A DNA stretch of 64,000 bases from Chiloscyllium plagiosum (taxonomy: Eukaryota). Location of the stretch: contig NC_057719.1 in assembly GCF_004010195.1 (NCBI RefSeq), positions 14,727,849-14,791,848 of the forward strand, written 5' to 3'. The position numbers and the translations under genes were made by a program. The notes under the pieces are model-generated. The model made no database searches, had not been told where the DNA came from, and was given only the letters and a program-made list of their open reading frames with translations. Positions 48,001-61,482 of this stretch are shown here, piece after piece; the stretch's first letter is position 1, and each line of letters opens with the position of its first letter.

Positions 48001-48243
48001 GATATTTTCTGGGTCTGTAGATTGTGAAGGAGCAAAAATGGCCTTTAGTAAAGTGATATGTGCTTCTTGTCGGATGTGGGAGTTTAAAGAGAGTTTAAGG
48101 GTTACTGCAGATTATATCTGCCGATATTTTCTGGGTCTGTAGATTGTGAAGGAGCAAAAATGGCCTTTAGTAAAGTGATATGTGCTTCTTGTCGATGTGG
48201 GAGTTTAAAGAGAGTTTAAGGGTTACTGCAGATTATATCTGCC
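48001..48243. repeat. 122-bp tandem duplication across the ORF1 start
   Basis: 48001-48122 and 48123-48243 are identical except for a 1-bp deletion. Confidence 0.95.
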
Positions 48244-51200
48244 ATAAATGCTGTTGGTTGCGAATCTTATCAGATCGATTGGATTGGTTGGAGAGACAGT
48301 TAGAAGCAATGAGGAATTTCCAACAGCAACAGTATGCGATGAATGGCAGTTATAGGAAGGAGGGAACGTCTCAGATACAGTCACATAGATGGGTTAACTC
48401 CAGGAAAGGTAAGAGAGGTAGGCAGCTAATGCAGGAGTCTTTTGTGGCTATACCCATTTCAAACAGGTATGCTGTTTTGGAAAATGTAGACGGTGATGGA
48501 TTCTCAGGGAACGTAGCACATACAGCCAAGTTTCTGGTATTGAGACTGGCTGAAATACAATGAAGGGTACATCGGGTTCCAAGAGATCAATTGTGTTCGG
48601 GGACTCTCTAGTCTGAGGTACAGACAGACGTTTCTGTGGCCAGCAGCGAAAAAACAGAATGGTGTGTTGATTCCCTGGTGCCAGGATCAAGGATGTCTCA
48701 GAGAGGATGCAGAATGTTCTCACAGGGGAGAGGGGCTAACAAGAGGTCATTGTCCACATTGGAACCAATGACATAGGAAGGGAAAAGATTGAGATTCTGA
48801 AAGGAAAATACAGAGAGTTAGGCAGGAATTTAAAAAGGAGGTCCTCGAGAGTAGTAACATCTGGATTACTCCCAGTACATCTGGAATCTCTTTTGGGGTA
48901 GAAATGACCTGTACAAGAAGGACAGATTACACCTAAATTGGAAGGGGAACTAATATATCTCTTTTGGGGTAGAAGTGACCTGTACAAGAAGGACGGATTG
49001 CACCTAAATTGGAAGGGGACTAATATACTGGCAGGGAAATTCGCTGGAGCTGCTCGGGAGGATTTAAACTAGTAAGGTTGGGGGGTGGGACCCAGGGAGA
49101 TAGTGAGGAAAGAGATCAATCTGAGACTGTTACAGTTGAGAACACAAGCGAGTCAAACAGTCAGGGCAGGCAAGGACAAGGTAGGACTAATACATTAAAC
49201 TGCATTTATTTCAATGCAAGGGGCCTAACTGGGAAGGCAGATGAACTCAGAGCATGGTTAGGAACATGGAACTGGGATATCATAGCAATTACAGAAACAT
49301 GGCTCAGCGATGGGCAGGACTGGCAGCTTAATGTTCCAGGATACAAATGATACTGGAAGGGTAGAAAGGGAGGCAAGAGAGGAGGGGGAGTGGCATTTCT
49401 GATAAGGGATAGCATTACAACTGTGCTGAGGGAGGATATTCCGGAAATACATCCAGGGAAGTTATTTGGGTAGAACTGAGAAACAAGAAAGGGATGATCA
49501 CCTTATAGAACTGAGAAACAAGAAAGGGATGATCACCTTATTGGTGTTGTATTATAGATCCCCTAATAGTCAGAGGGAAATTGAGAAACAAACTTGTTAA
49601 GGAGATCTCTGCTATCTGTAAGAATAATAGGGTGGTTATGGTAGGGGATTTTAACTTTCCAAACATAGACTGGGACTGCCATAGTGTTAAGGGTTTAGAT
49701 GGAGAGGAATTTTTTAAGTGTGTACAAGAAAATTTCCTGGTTCAGTATGTGGATGTACCTACCAGAGAAGGTGCAAAACATGACCTTCTCTTGGGAAATA
49801 GGCAGGGCAGGTGACTGAGGTGCACATTGGGGCCAGCGACCATAATTCTATTAGATTTAAAATAGTGATGGAAAAGGGTAGATGAGATCTAAAAGTTGAA
49901 GTTCTAAATTGGAGAAAGGCCAATTTGACAGTATTAGGCAAGAACTTTCGAAAGCTGATTGGGGGCAGATGTTCGCAGGTAAAGGGACGGCTGGAAAATG
50001 GGAAGCCTTCAGAAATGAGATAACGAAAATCCAGAGAAAGTATATTCCTGTCAGGGTGAAAGGAAAGGCTGGTAGGTATAGGGAATGCTGGATGACTAAA
50101 GAAATTGAGGGGATGATTAAGAAAAAGAAGGAAGCATATGTAAGGTACAGACAGGATAGATCGAGTGAATCCTTAGAAGAGTATAAAGGCAGTAATATAC
50201 TAAAGAGGGAAATCAGGAGGGCCAAAAGGGAACATGAGATAGCTTTGGCACATAGAATTAAGGAAAATCCAAAGGGTTTGTACAAATACATTCAGGACAA
50301 AAGGGTAACTAGCCAGAAAATAGGGCCCCTCAAAGATCAGCAAGGCGGCCTTTGTGTGGAGCCGCAGAAAATGGGGGAAATATTAAATGAGTATTTTGCA
50401 TCAGTATTTACTGTGAAAAAGGATATGGAAGATATAGAATGTAGGGAAATAGATGGTGACATCTTGCAAAATGTCCACATTACAGAGGAGGAAGTGCTGG
50501 ATGTCTTGGAACGCATAAAGGTGGATAAACCCCCAGGACCTGATCAGGTGTACCCTCGAACTCTGTGGGAAGCTAGGGAAGTGATTGCTGGGCCTCTTGC
50601 TGAGATATTTGTATCATCGATAGTCGCAGGTGAGGTGCCAGAAGCCTGGAGGTTGGCAAATGTGGTGCTACTGTTTAAGAAGGGGGGTAAGGATAAGCCA
50701 ATGAATAACAGACCAGTGAGCTTGACGTCAGTGGTGGGCAAGTTGTTGGAGGGAATCCTGAGGGACAGGATGTACATCTATTTGGAAAGCCAAGGACTGA
50801 TTAGGGATAGTCAACATGGCTTTGTGCGGGGGAAATCATGTCTCACAAACTTGACTGAGTTTTTTGAAGAAGTAACAAAAAGGATTGATGAGGGCAGAGT
50901 GGTAGATGTGATCTATTTGAACTTCAGTAAGGCGTTCGACAAGGTTCCCCATGGGAGACTGATTAGCAAGGTTAGATCTCACGGAATACAGGGAGAACTA
51001 ACCATTTGGATATCGAACTGGTTCAAAGGTAGAAGTCAGAGGATGGTGGTGAAGGGTTGTTTTTAAGACTGGAGGCCTGTGACCAGTGGAGTGCCACAAG
51101 GATCGGTGCTGGGTCCTCTAATTTTTGTCATTTACATAAATGATTTGGATGCAAGCATAAGAGGTACAGTTAGTAAGTTTGCAGATGACACCAAAATTGG

Positions 51201-52059
51201 ACGTGTAGTGGACAGCAAAGAGGGATACCTCAGATTACAACAGGATCTTGACCAGATAGGCCAGTGGGCTGAGAAGTGGTAGATGGAGTTTAATTCAGAT
51301 AAATGCGAGGTGCTATATTTTGGGAAAGCAAATCTTAGCAGGACTTATACACTTAATGGTAAGATCCAAGGGAGTGTTGCTGAACAAAGAGACCTTGAAG
51401 TGCAGGTTCATAGCTCCTTGAAAGTGGAGTCACAGGTAGATAGGATAGCGAAGAAGGCGTTTGGTATGCTTTCCTTTATTGGTCAGAGTATTGCGTACAG
51501 GAGTTGGGAGGTCATGTTGCGACTTTACAGGACATTGGTTAGGCCCTGAGGTGGGGGCAGAGTGGTAGATGTGATCGGTGGGGGGAGTCCAGAACTAGAG
51601 AGCATAGGTTCAAGGTGAGAGGGAAAAGATATAAAAGAAACCTATGGGGCAACTTTTTCAGCAGATGGTGGTACGTGTATGGAATGAGCTGCCAGAGGAA
51701 GTGGTGAAGTCTGGTACAATTGCAACATTTAAAAGGCATTTGGATGGGTATATAAATAGGAAGGATTTGGAGGAATATGGGCCGGGTGCTGGCAGGTGGG
51801 ACTAGATTAGGTTGGGATATCTGTTCGGCATGGACGGGTTGGACCGAAGGGTCTGTTTCCATGCTGTACATCTCTATGACTCTATGACTCTAACTGCAGC
51901 TAATGTAAGCCATTGCTGCGTCCTGTTTTATACCCATTGTGGTCCATGTAAGGTCTTGAGTATAGCAATCTGATGGTGGACATTAAAATGTGACAGTCGT
52001 ATTTACCAATATTGCAATACAGTGAACATATATTTGCTTAGATATAATAAACTTGCATT

Positions 52060-52185
52060 TAGAGTCATAGAGATGTATAGCATGGAAAGAGACCCTTTGG
52101 TCCAACCCATCCATGCCGACCAGATATCCCAACCCAGTGTAGTCCCATCTGCCAGTACCCAGCCCATATCCCTCCAAACCCTTTT
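52060..52185 (-). mobile_element. CR1 3' UTR fragment
   Basis: Reverse complement of 51765-51890. Confidence 0.88.
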
Positions 52186-52293
52186 AACAAATGAACAGGA
52201 ATAAATCGCCATCTAAAAAAGACAGTGAATGTACTCAGAAGGGGGAAGTGGACTTAACATGGTTAATGTGCACTCAAGTGAATGTGTACTAGT

Positions 52294-52597
52294 GGGCGGC
52301 ACGGTGGCACAGTGGTTAGCACTGCTGCCTCACAGCGCCAGAGACCCGGGTTCAATTCCTGTCTCAGGCGACTGACTGTGTGGAGTTTGCACATTCTCCC
52401 CGTGTCTGCGTGGGTTTCCTCCGGGTGCTCCGGTTTCCTCCCACTGTCCAAAGATGTGCAGGTCAGGTGAATTGGCCATGCGAAATTGTCCGTAGTGTTA
52501 GGTAAAGGGTAAATGTAGAGCTATGGGTGGGATGCGCTTCGGTGGGTCGGTGTGGACTTGTTGGGCTGAAGGGCCTGTTTCCACACTGTAAAGTAAT
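52294..52597 (+). mobile_element. Young HE1-type V-SINE
   Basis: gggcggcacggtggcacagtggttagcactgctgcctcacagcgccagagacccgggttcaattcc (A/B boxes), V-domain, CR1-like tail. Confidence 0.96.
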
Positions 52598-53599
52598 TCC
52601 ATTCTATTGTAAAATAATATGGCCTTAGTTGGAATAATTCTCCAAACATATTCTTGTATTGATACAGGGCGATAATGGGGTAGGTATTTCCTGTTTGTGG
52701 AACTAAAGGTGGGGTGGGGGTGGTCATGCAGGTGTACAAAGAGTCTAATGGGTTAAATGGCATCACTCATTCCTAACTCGTGTTCCCACATCCTACATCC
52801 GATGTGATACCAATGACTCATTATGTATCCTCCTCGATGTTTCATTCATTACCAGAATAATTACAATGACTTCCTGCTCCAGGAAGTCGTGTTCAAAACA
52901 GATCCAAGAGATCTGAACCAAATAGACTGCTAAAACTGTTGAAATAAACAAAGAGGTCATTGGGTGTCCATGTTTTTGCTTCTTCCAGTCCCTGTAAAGA
53001 TTCATAATGGGTTTTGATTATCCATTTAATGAATATCAGATCAAGAACTTCCCGGTATCTGTGTTTTTCAAAATAGGCTGAATTTATTGGAAACTTTAAT
53101 TATTTAGCTGTTTCTAAGACATCTTGATACTGTAGTAGGTGAAAAATTCAGCAAGATACAAAAATACCATTGTTTCTCCTTACTGCTCTTTAATATATTA
53201 CCAAAGGTTGCATTAGGGCACATACCAATTTCTATGTTTCTCTTTTAATGAGATTCATTGTTGTCTTTAATTGTCCTTGCTAATTTTCTGTGCTCACCTT
53301 TTTCTACTGTCTCTGAAATACCATACTTCTTTGTTTTGATATGTTTCTGAGTATTATCTGCCCCCTGCAACTCACTTAAACCACTATTGATCAAATGTTT
53401 CCACTTATGCATTTTGTAATAGTTTTTTTTGGTTTGCTACTGACCAATTTACTGACTGCAGCACTGACCAATTTCCTTAACACTGCACTACTAAAGACCA
53501 TTGGAGCATAGCATGTCTTCAGCCTTCTTGATTGAGCTAATTCAACGTACGTAAGAGATTAAACCTAGAGCCTTTCTGTTCAGCTAATCATTCAGAAGA

Positions 53600-54032
53600 C
53601 TTGATTTGATTTGACTTGATTTATTGTTGTCACATGTACCTAAGTACAATGAAAAGTTTTGTTTTGTAAGCAGTACAAGCAGATCATAGCAAGCAAGGAC
53701 ATATAGATCATAGAGTGCTTAGTCAGAGCAAAGCATATAATGTTAAGGCTGCACAGGAGATACATAAAAACAAGATCAACATTAGATTTGAAATTAGAGA
53801 GGTCCATTCAACAGTCTAATAACAGCAGGGAAGAAGCTTTTCTTGAACCTGTTGGTGCATATGTTCAAGTTTCTCTATCTTATGCCTTATGAAAAAGGAT
53901 GGAAGAGAGTATCACTGGCGTCAAACAGGTCTTTGATGATGTTGGCAGCCTTTTGGTGACAACGAGAAGCATAAATGGAGTCCATGGATGGGAAGGTGGC
54001 TTCCATGATGGTCTGGGCTGTGTATACAACTT
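53600..54032 (-). mobile_element. Rex1/Babar-type LINE 3' fragment
   Basis: Homologous to 17245-17640; (ttgat)n-like tail. Confidence 0.78.
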
Positions 54033-55218
54033 AATCCTTATCATTAAAAATCTTGAGCATGGGTCTTAGGGCATAGTGATAATGTATCTACCTCTGTACC
54101 AAGTCACCTGGGTTCAAGTGCCAACACATGTAATAAAATTTCTGAACAAGTTGATTAGAAAATATCTTAAAAACCTTGAACATGTTATGCAATTCCTGGA
54201 CATTGTGCAAAATGCATACAATTCCTGTCTCAACAGGAACCAAAGCTCTAAGGATTGCATCTAATCATGATTTAAGAAGGTTTAATTTTCATGTTATTCT
54301 GGGGACATCACAAACGTTAAAGAATGTTGCAGAACCCTGGGGAAAATGTTTTCAATACCAGAATGGTCAGCCATTCTGGAAGGGGATGGTGAGGGATACT
54401 CTGGAAAGCATTTGCCTAACCAATTCCATTTTTGGGAATTTAATTTAAATGGATGCCTAATGGGAAAAGAAGTGTTAATCTCCATGCTCACTCTGCATTT
54501 ATGAAGAGTTCCTCTGTTGGTCAGTTACAACGCAATCATAGAATTTTTTTTTCAGAATTTCTATTGAATCTTCGAATAGAAGGGAACCATTCAATAGATT
54601 GTGCCTAGACTCATGTCTCAGTTAATTAATTCTGTCCTGTCCCATCTCCACATCCTTTCCTCATTTTTCAAATACTAATCCAATTTCCTTTGCAATGAAG
54701 TTATAGTGTCTGCCTCAACAGCCACTTGAGGTTAAGCCTTTAGTGTTCTGAGAAATTGCTGTGTGAAACAAGATTTCTAATTTCTCTTTTGTTCCATGGA
54801 TAATTTGGGTTCTAAAAATAGTGAGCAGTGTTCTGAAGTCATCCAATATCATTTCACGTAATCGTGGCAGGTTTTAGCTGAATGCGCTGCTACTCCAGAC
54901 TAAGATAAGGATTCTGATAGTTTCCCATACCAGTCAAATATGTGGCCTCATTGACATGACGGACCATTTAATGCCATTTTTTCGTTCATAAATGAAGAAT
55001 AAGAATGAACGGATGTTGAGACTGATACTAAAAATTGTGCAGCTGTGGAATAATGCCAACACAAAAAGAAACATCACATTATTGTTTGTAGCTTTTCAGG
55101 CCAATGTACACAGTGAAAGCATGAGAGAAATATGTGACACAGTGGCATGGTATTTAACCAATGATAAGTTGATGTATGATTTATGTAAACATTTCTTCTT
55201 TGCCAAGAAATGGAGACA

Positions 55219-55426
55219 AAATAACAAGTGTAAAAGAATGGGACACACACACACACACACACACACAGGTACACACAGACAGGTACACACACACACACAC
55301 ATTTAGATTCAAATAACAAGTGTAAAAGAATGGGACACACACACACAGGTACACACAGACAGGTACACACACGCACACACACAGGTACACACAGACAGGT
55401 ATACACACACACACACATTTAGATTC
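55219..55426. repeat. Tandem duplication (92 and 116 bp) containing (CA)n tracts
   Basis: aaataacaagtgtaaaagaatggg(ca)n...catttagattc present twice. Confidence 0.92.
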
Positions 55427-56193
55427 AAATATTTCAAAGTTCTCAGGAGGGTATCCATTTTCCTTCGGTTTAAATTCATAGCAAGTGTTGTAGGCCCATT
55501 CTATTCTGCATCACTGACCCAATTGTACTGTATGGCCTATGGACACTGAATTAAAATGATTTGCTTCTATTTAAGTTTCGCTATGGTCTTGACCTTCCCA
55601 TTCCAACCCCACAAGTCAATTATCAACAAACCCCTGAAAATTTCTATGTTGTTCTGACTGTGAAACCTTGGACATATTTTCCTTTCTTGGAGGGAGGAGG
55701 AAGTTGAATACTAGTGCCACCCCATCTAGCAGGACTTCCTCATCTTTGCTTCCAAACTGGGGTATTGATTTTCTCATGTTTGCCATGTCTGGGGCAAATG
55801 TCAGGAACATGCAGGGCAGCTCCGACTGACAGTGTATGTTTGGGTGCACAACTGGCTTTTAAAGATGGTGTGGGCTCAAAGGATTCATTCTGGGATATCT
55901 CAGCAGGAGCGAGGTTGTTCTGAGAACAGCACTTGATGGAATGGGGCTGAAAACAGACATGAGGGACACCATGAGGGCGTGGTAGCGAGTTAATGAGGCA
56001 CCTTTGATAACATATGGTGGGAAATCTGACCGTGCCTCACGGTAGAAAAATCCTCCAAAATACTCAGTGCAACTCATAATTAGCCAAAATGATATCAGAT
56101 TCACTCCACAATGTGTGTCCCACATTATCAATGAGTTCAAGGGGAATGCAAGCTTGGTCCAGGTCAAGGTAAAGTAGCGTCTCAAGTCATAGT

Positions 56194-56520
56194 TTAGATT
56201 AGATTAGATTACTTACAGTGTGGAAACAGGCCCTTCGGTCCAACAAGTCCACACCGCCCTGCCGAAGCGCAACCCACCCATACCCCTACATTTACCCCTT
56301 ACCTAACACTACGGGCAATTTAGCGTGGCCAATTCACCTGACCTGAACATCCTTGGACTGTGGGAGGGAACCAGAGCACCCGGAGGAAACCCACGTAGAC
56401 ACGGGGAGAACTTGCAAACTACACACAGTCAGTCGCCTGAGGCGGGAAATGAACCCGGGTCTCTGGCGCTGTGAGGCAGCAGTGCTAACCACTGTGCCAC
56501 CGTGCCGCCCACCGTGCCGC
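56194..56520 (-). mobile_element. Young HE1-type V-SINE with a duplicated 5' terminus
   Basis: ccaccgtgccgc repeated at the head. Confidence 0.95.
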
Positions 56521-57171
56521 AGTTTCACTCTGACAGATAAGTCAAGAGGAGGGGCAGAGTGGAATGTTTAGATGCTGGCATTACCACATCATTCCAAATC
56601 TGATTTAACTGTTTCTTTAGGGCAGGTGTCCTCTGTCTGCCTGAAGAGATACTGGGTTGGTGGCTGTAGTGAGGTATGATTTGTGATGACATATTGCAGC
56701 CCAATTATCTTCCTGATAGATTTTATACCATTATTGAATTGAACAGGAGAAAAAGTGGCCATTTGGCCCATTGTGCTTGGGCTGGGTATTTCAATCAATC
56801 TCATACCATTTTCTCAGCCATTTTTTCATTGAATTTCCTATTGCAAGCTGCTGTTGAACCTATATTCACCATCTCGTTGGACAGTACACAGCAAATCCTA
56901 ATGGAATAAAGGAAATCTTTTCCTCATGCCTCTCTGAATGTGTTGCTAGTCTGGTTCCCATTTATCAACAGTTTCATGGTTTCACTATGTGTAAATAACA
57001 AGATCCCACAAAATAGCAAACTAATAATGACCATTTACTATTTAAAATCTACCTGGTGGTAGTTACTCACCTCAACTAAGACCACCCACCCTTTGGTGTC
57101 ACTGTGAAACACTGCAAGCTCTGAAAAAGAGTCACGCCGGACTTAAATGTTAACTCTGTTTCTCTCCCCAC

Positions 57172-57770
57172 AAACATTGCCCTTATTGGTCAGTGCATTG
57201 AGTATGGAAGTTGGGAGGTATACTGCGGCTGGACAGGGCATTGGTTAGGCCACTTTAGGAGTACTACATTTAATTCTGGTCTCCCTGCCATAGGAAAGAT
57301 ATTGTAAAACTTGGAAAGGTTCAGAAAAGATGTACAATGATATTGTCAGGGTTGGAGGGTGAACGGTAAGGAAAAACTGAATAGGCTGGGGCTATTTTCT
57401 CTGGAGCTTCAGAGGCTGAGAGATGACCTTATGGGGGTTTATAAAATCATGAGGGGCGCGGATAAGGTGAATAGTCAAGGTTTTTTTTCCCAGGATAGGG
57501 GAGTCCAAAACTAGAGGGCATAGGTTTAAGTGAGAGGGAAAAGATTTAAAAGGGACCTAAAGGGCACAGTTTTCACTCAGAGGGTGGTGCATGTATGGAA
57601 TGAACTGCCAGAGGAGATGGTGGAGGCTGGCATAATTACAACATTTAAAAAGCATTGGAATGGAAATATGAATGGGAAGGGTTTCAAGGGATATGGGTCA
57701 AATGCTGGCAGATGGACCTAGATTAATTTAGAATATCTAGTCGGCATGAACAACTTGTACCAAAGGGTCT
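57172..57770 (+). mobile_element. CR1 3' fragment
   Basis: FTQRVVHVWNELPEEMVEAG peptide. Confidence 0.9.
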
Positions 57771-57840
57771 TACTCTGTAACCCTGCTGGAGTTCATTTTA
57801 TAATTCATTGGATGTGGGCAATTCTGGCAAGGTCAGCATT

Positions 57841-58290
57841 TAGAGTCATAGAGATGGACAGCATGGAAGCAGACCCTTCGGTCCAACCCGTCCATGCTGA
57901 CCAGATATCCCAACCCAATCTAGCCCCACCTGCCAGCACCCAGCCCATATCCCTCCAAACCCTTCCTATTCAATACCCATCCAAATGCCTCTTAAATGTT
58001 GCAATTGTACCAGTCTCCACCACTTCTTCTGGCAGCTCATTCCATACACGTACCACCCTCTGAGCGAAAAAGTTGCCCCATAGGTCTCTTTTATATCTTT
58101 TCCTCTCTCACCCTAAAGTTATGCCCTCTAGCTCTGGACTCCCCAACCCCAGGGAAAAGACTTTGCCTATTTACCCTATCCATGCCCCTCATAATTTTGT
58201 AAACCTCTATAAGGTCACCCCTCAACCTCCAACGCTCCAGGGAAAACAGCCCCAGCCTGTTCAGTCTCTTCCTATAGCTCAAATCCTCAA
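57841..58290 (-). mobile_element. CR1 3' fragment
   Basis: LEDLSYRKRLNRLGLFSLERWRLRGDLIEVYKIMRG. Confidence 0.92.
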
Positions 58291-58309
58291 GCACACTCAC
58301 TCTCACCGC

Positions 58310-58570
58310 ACCTCTGTAATTCAGCTCTTTTGTCCAGCTTTGAACCAAAGCTGGAATGAGTTCAGGAGCTGAGTGGCCCAAACTGGGTGTCACTGAGCAG
58401 GTTATGTCTGAGCAGGTGCTGCTAGATAGTACTGTTGATGACACCTTCCATCACTTTACTGATGATTAAGTGTAGACTGATGGGGCAGTAATTGACTGGA
58501 TTGGATTTGTCCTGCTTTTTATGCACTGGACATAACCTGGGTAATTTTCCAAATTGTCGGGTAGATGCCA
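58310..58570 (-). mobile_element. Family B LINE RT N-terminal fragment
   Basis: VHKKQDKSNPVNYCPISLHLIISKVMEG. Confidence 0.75.
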
Positions 58571-58861
58571 ATCTAATATTATCTCCAAGTCCTCTTTTCT
58601 CATTTTCAAATACTTTCCTATCACTTCTGGGACTTAGGTTACAAATCAGTTCAGGTATAACGACATCTCTACAACAATTATAAAGAACCTTACTTGACTT
58701 TACTTCAGTTAAATTAACTCCATTGCAAAAGGGAGCAAATATGTAGCAAAATTTGCTCCAAAATTGGCAATAGCAATTGGATGCCATTGTGATAAGAGAT
58801 ATAGAGCATCAAAGATGTCACACTGGTGCAATAGAGATCCCACATCAAATAATGAAATGAA

Positions 58862-61482
58862 ATAGACAATAGACAATAGGTGCAGGAGTAGGCCATTCTG
58901 CCCTTCGAGCCAGCACCACCATTCATTATAATCATGGCTGATCATCCTCAATCAGTATCCTTTTCCTGCCTTATCCCCATAACCCTTGATTCCACTATCC
59001 TTAAGAGCTCTATCCAACTCCACAGCCTTCTGGGGCAGAGCATTCCACACACTCACCACTCTCTGGGTGAAGAAGTATTTCCTCATCTCTGTCCTAAATG
59101 GTCTACCCCTTATTTTTAATCTGTGTCCTCTGGTTCGGGACTTACCCATCAGCGGAAACATGCTTCTTGCCTCCAGAGTGTCCAATCCTTTAATAATCTT
59201 ATACGTCTCAATCAGATCCCCTCTCAGCCTTCTAAACTCAAGGGTATAATAGCCCAGTCGCTCCAGTCTTTCAATGTAAGACAGTTCTGCCATTCCGGGA
59301 ATTGACCTCGTGAACCTACGCTGCACTCCATCAATAGCCAGAATGTCTTTCCTCAAATTTGGAGACCAAAACTGCACACAATATTTCAGGTGCGGTCTCA
59401 CCAGGGCCCTGTACAGCTGCAGAAGAACCTCTTTGCTTCTATACTCAATTNNNNNNNNNNNNNNNNNNNNNNNNNNNNNNNNNNNNNNNNNNNNNNNNNN
59501 NNNNNNNNNNNNNNNNNNNNNNNNNNNNNNNNNNNNNNNNNNNNNNNNNNNNNNNNNNNNNNNNNNNNNNNNNNNNNNNNNNNNNNNNNNNNNNNNNNNN
59601 NNNNNNNNNNNNNNNNNNNNNNNNNNNNNNNNNNNNNNNNNNNNNNNNNNNNNNNNNNNNNNNNNNNNNNNNNNNNNNNNNNNNNNNNNNNNNNNNNNNN
59701 NNNNNNNNNNNNNNNNNNNNNNNNNNNNNNNNNNNNNNNNNNNNNNNNNNNNNNNNNNNNNNNNNNNNNNNNNNNNNNNNNNNNNNNNNNNNNNNNNNNN
59801 NNNNNNNNNNNNNNNNNNNNNNNNNNNNNNNNNNNNNNNNNNNNNNNNNNNNNNNNNNNNNNNNNNNNNNNNNNNNNNNNNNNNNNNNNNNNNNNNNNNN
59901 NNNNNNNNNNNNNNNNNNNNNNNNNNNNNNNNNNNNNNNNNNNNNNNNNNNNNNNNNNNNNNNNNNNNNNNNNNNNNNNNNNNNNNNNNNNNNNNNNNNN
60001 NNNNNNNNNNNNNNNNNNNNNNNNNNNNNNNNNNNNNNNNNNNNNNNNNNNNNNNNNNNNNNNNNNNNNNNNNNNNNNNNNNNNNNNNNNNNNNNNNNNN
60101 NNNNNNNNNNNNNNNNNNNNNNNNNNNNNNNNNNNNNNNNNNNNNNNNNNNNNNNNNNNNNNNNNNNNNNNNNNNNNNNNNNNNNNNNNNNNNNNNNNNN
60201 NNNNNNNNNNNNNNNNNNNNNNNNNNNNNNNNNNNNNNNNNNNNNNNNNNNNNNNNNNNNNNNNNNNNNNNNNNNNNNNNNNNNNNNNNNNNNNNNNNNN
60301 NNNNNNNNNNNNNNNNNNNNNNNNNNNNNNNNNNNNNNNNNNNNNNNNNNNNNNNNNNNNNNNNNNNNNNNNNNNNNNNNNNNNNNNNNNNNNNNNNNNN
60401 NNNNNNNNNNNNNNNNNNNNNNNNNNNNNNNNNNNNNNNTTTTTTTCCTTTCACATACCTAAAAAAGCTTTTACTATCCTCCTTTATATTTTTGGCCAGT
60501 CTACCTTCGTACCTCATTTTTTCTCTGGGTATTTCCTCCTTAGTTATCCTCTGTTGTTCTTTAAAAGCTTCCCAGTCCTCCGTTTTCCCACTTATCTTTG
60601 CTATGTTATATTTTTTCTCTTTTGACTTTATATGTTTCTTAACTTCCCTCATCATCCATGGCCACCCCTGCCTCCTCTCAGGATCTTTCTTCCTTTTTGG
60701 AATGAACTGATCCTGCATCTTCTGCATTATACTCAAAAATACCTGTCATTGTTGTTCCACTGTCATCCCTGCTAGGGTATTGCAACACTGAACTTTGGCC
60801 AGCTCCTCCCTCATAGCTCCATAGTTCCCTTTATTCAACTGAAATATTGTCACTTCCGATTTTACCCTCTCCCTTTCAAATTGCAGATTAAAGCTTATTG
60901 TATTATGGTTACTACCTCCTAATAGCTCCTTCACTTCAAGGTCCCTGATTAAATCCGGTTCGTTGCACAACACCCCAGATCCAGAATTGCTTTCTCCCTG
61001 GTAGGTTCCAGCACCAGCTGTTCTAAGAATCCATCTCTGAGGCACTCCACAAACACCCTTTCTTGGGGTCCAGTACCATCCTGATTCTCCCAGTCTACCT
61101 GCATGTTGAAATCCCCCAAAACAACTGTAGTAATATCTTTGCAACAGGCCAATTTCAGCTCCTTATTCAACGTACACCCTACATCCAGACTACTGTTTGG
61201 GGGCCTGTAAATAACTCCCATTAGGGTCTTTCTATCCTTAGAATTTCTCAGCTCTATTCATACTGACTCTACATCCCCTGATTCTAGGTCCTTCTGCACA
61301 AGGGAATGAATATTATTCCTTACCAACAGGGCGACACCATCCCCTCTGCCCATCAGTCTGTCCTTACGATAGCACGTATAGCCTTGAATATTCATTTCCC
61401 AGGCCTTGTCCACTTGAAGCCACATCTCCGTTATCCCCACAACATCATAACTGCCAATTTCCAAATGAGCCTCAAGCTCATC
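58862..61482 (-). mobile_element. CR1 (second family) ORF2, fairly young, spanning an assembly gap
   Basis: YDVVGITEMWL, GVIYRPPNS, LGDFN, LYRALVRPHLKYCVQFWSP; tail (tattgtc)2. Confidence 0.93.

Larger units (their letters stand above)
47464..51891 (+). mobile_element. Near-full-length CR1 LINE: 5' UTR with (GA)n, ORF1 (zinc finger, coiled coil, SGNH esterase), ORF2 (APE endonuclease and RT), 3' UTR; disrupted
   Basis: ORF1 from about 48038: VICASCRMWE..YICHKC, IVFGDS, VIVHIGTND, DGLHLN; ORF2 from about 49190: CIYFNAR, IAITETWL, GDFNFP, RPVSLTS, FSKAFDKVPH, GVPQGSVLGP, FADDTK; deletion at about 51545-51580; tail ctctatgactctatgactc. Confidence 0.95.

Noticed and set aside
52294..52365. tRNA gene
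   Set aside because: tRNA-derived SINE head that continues into a V-domain and LINE tail
55730..56060. Possible Harbinger/MITE end (also about 39690-39900 and 42500-43150)
   Set aside because: No TIR pair, TSD or peptide could be established
58952..60736. ORFs of 367-594 aa
   Set aside because: They span a 989-N gap inside a CR1
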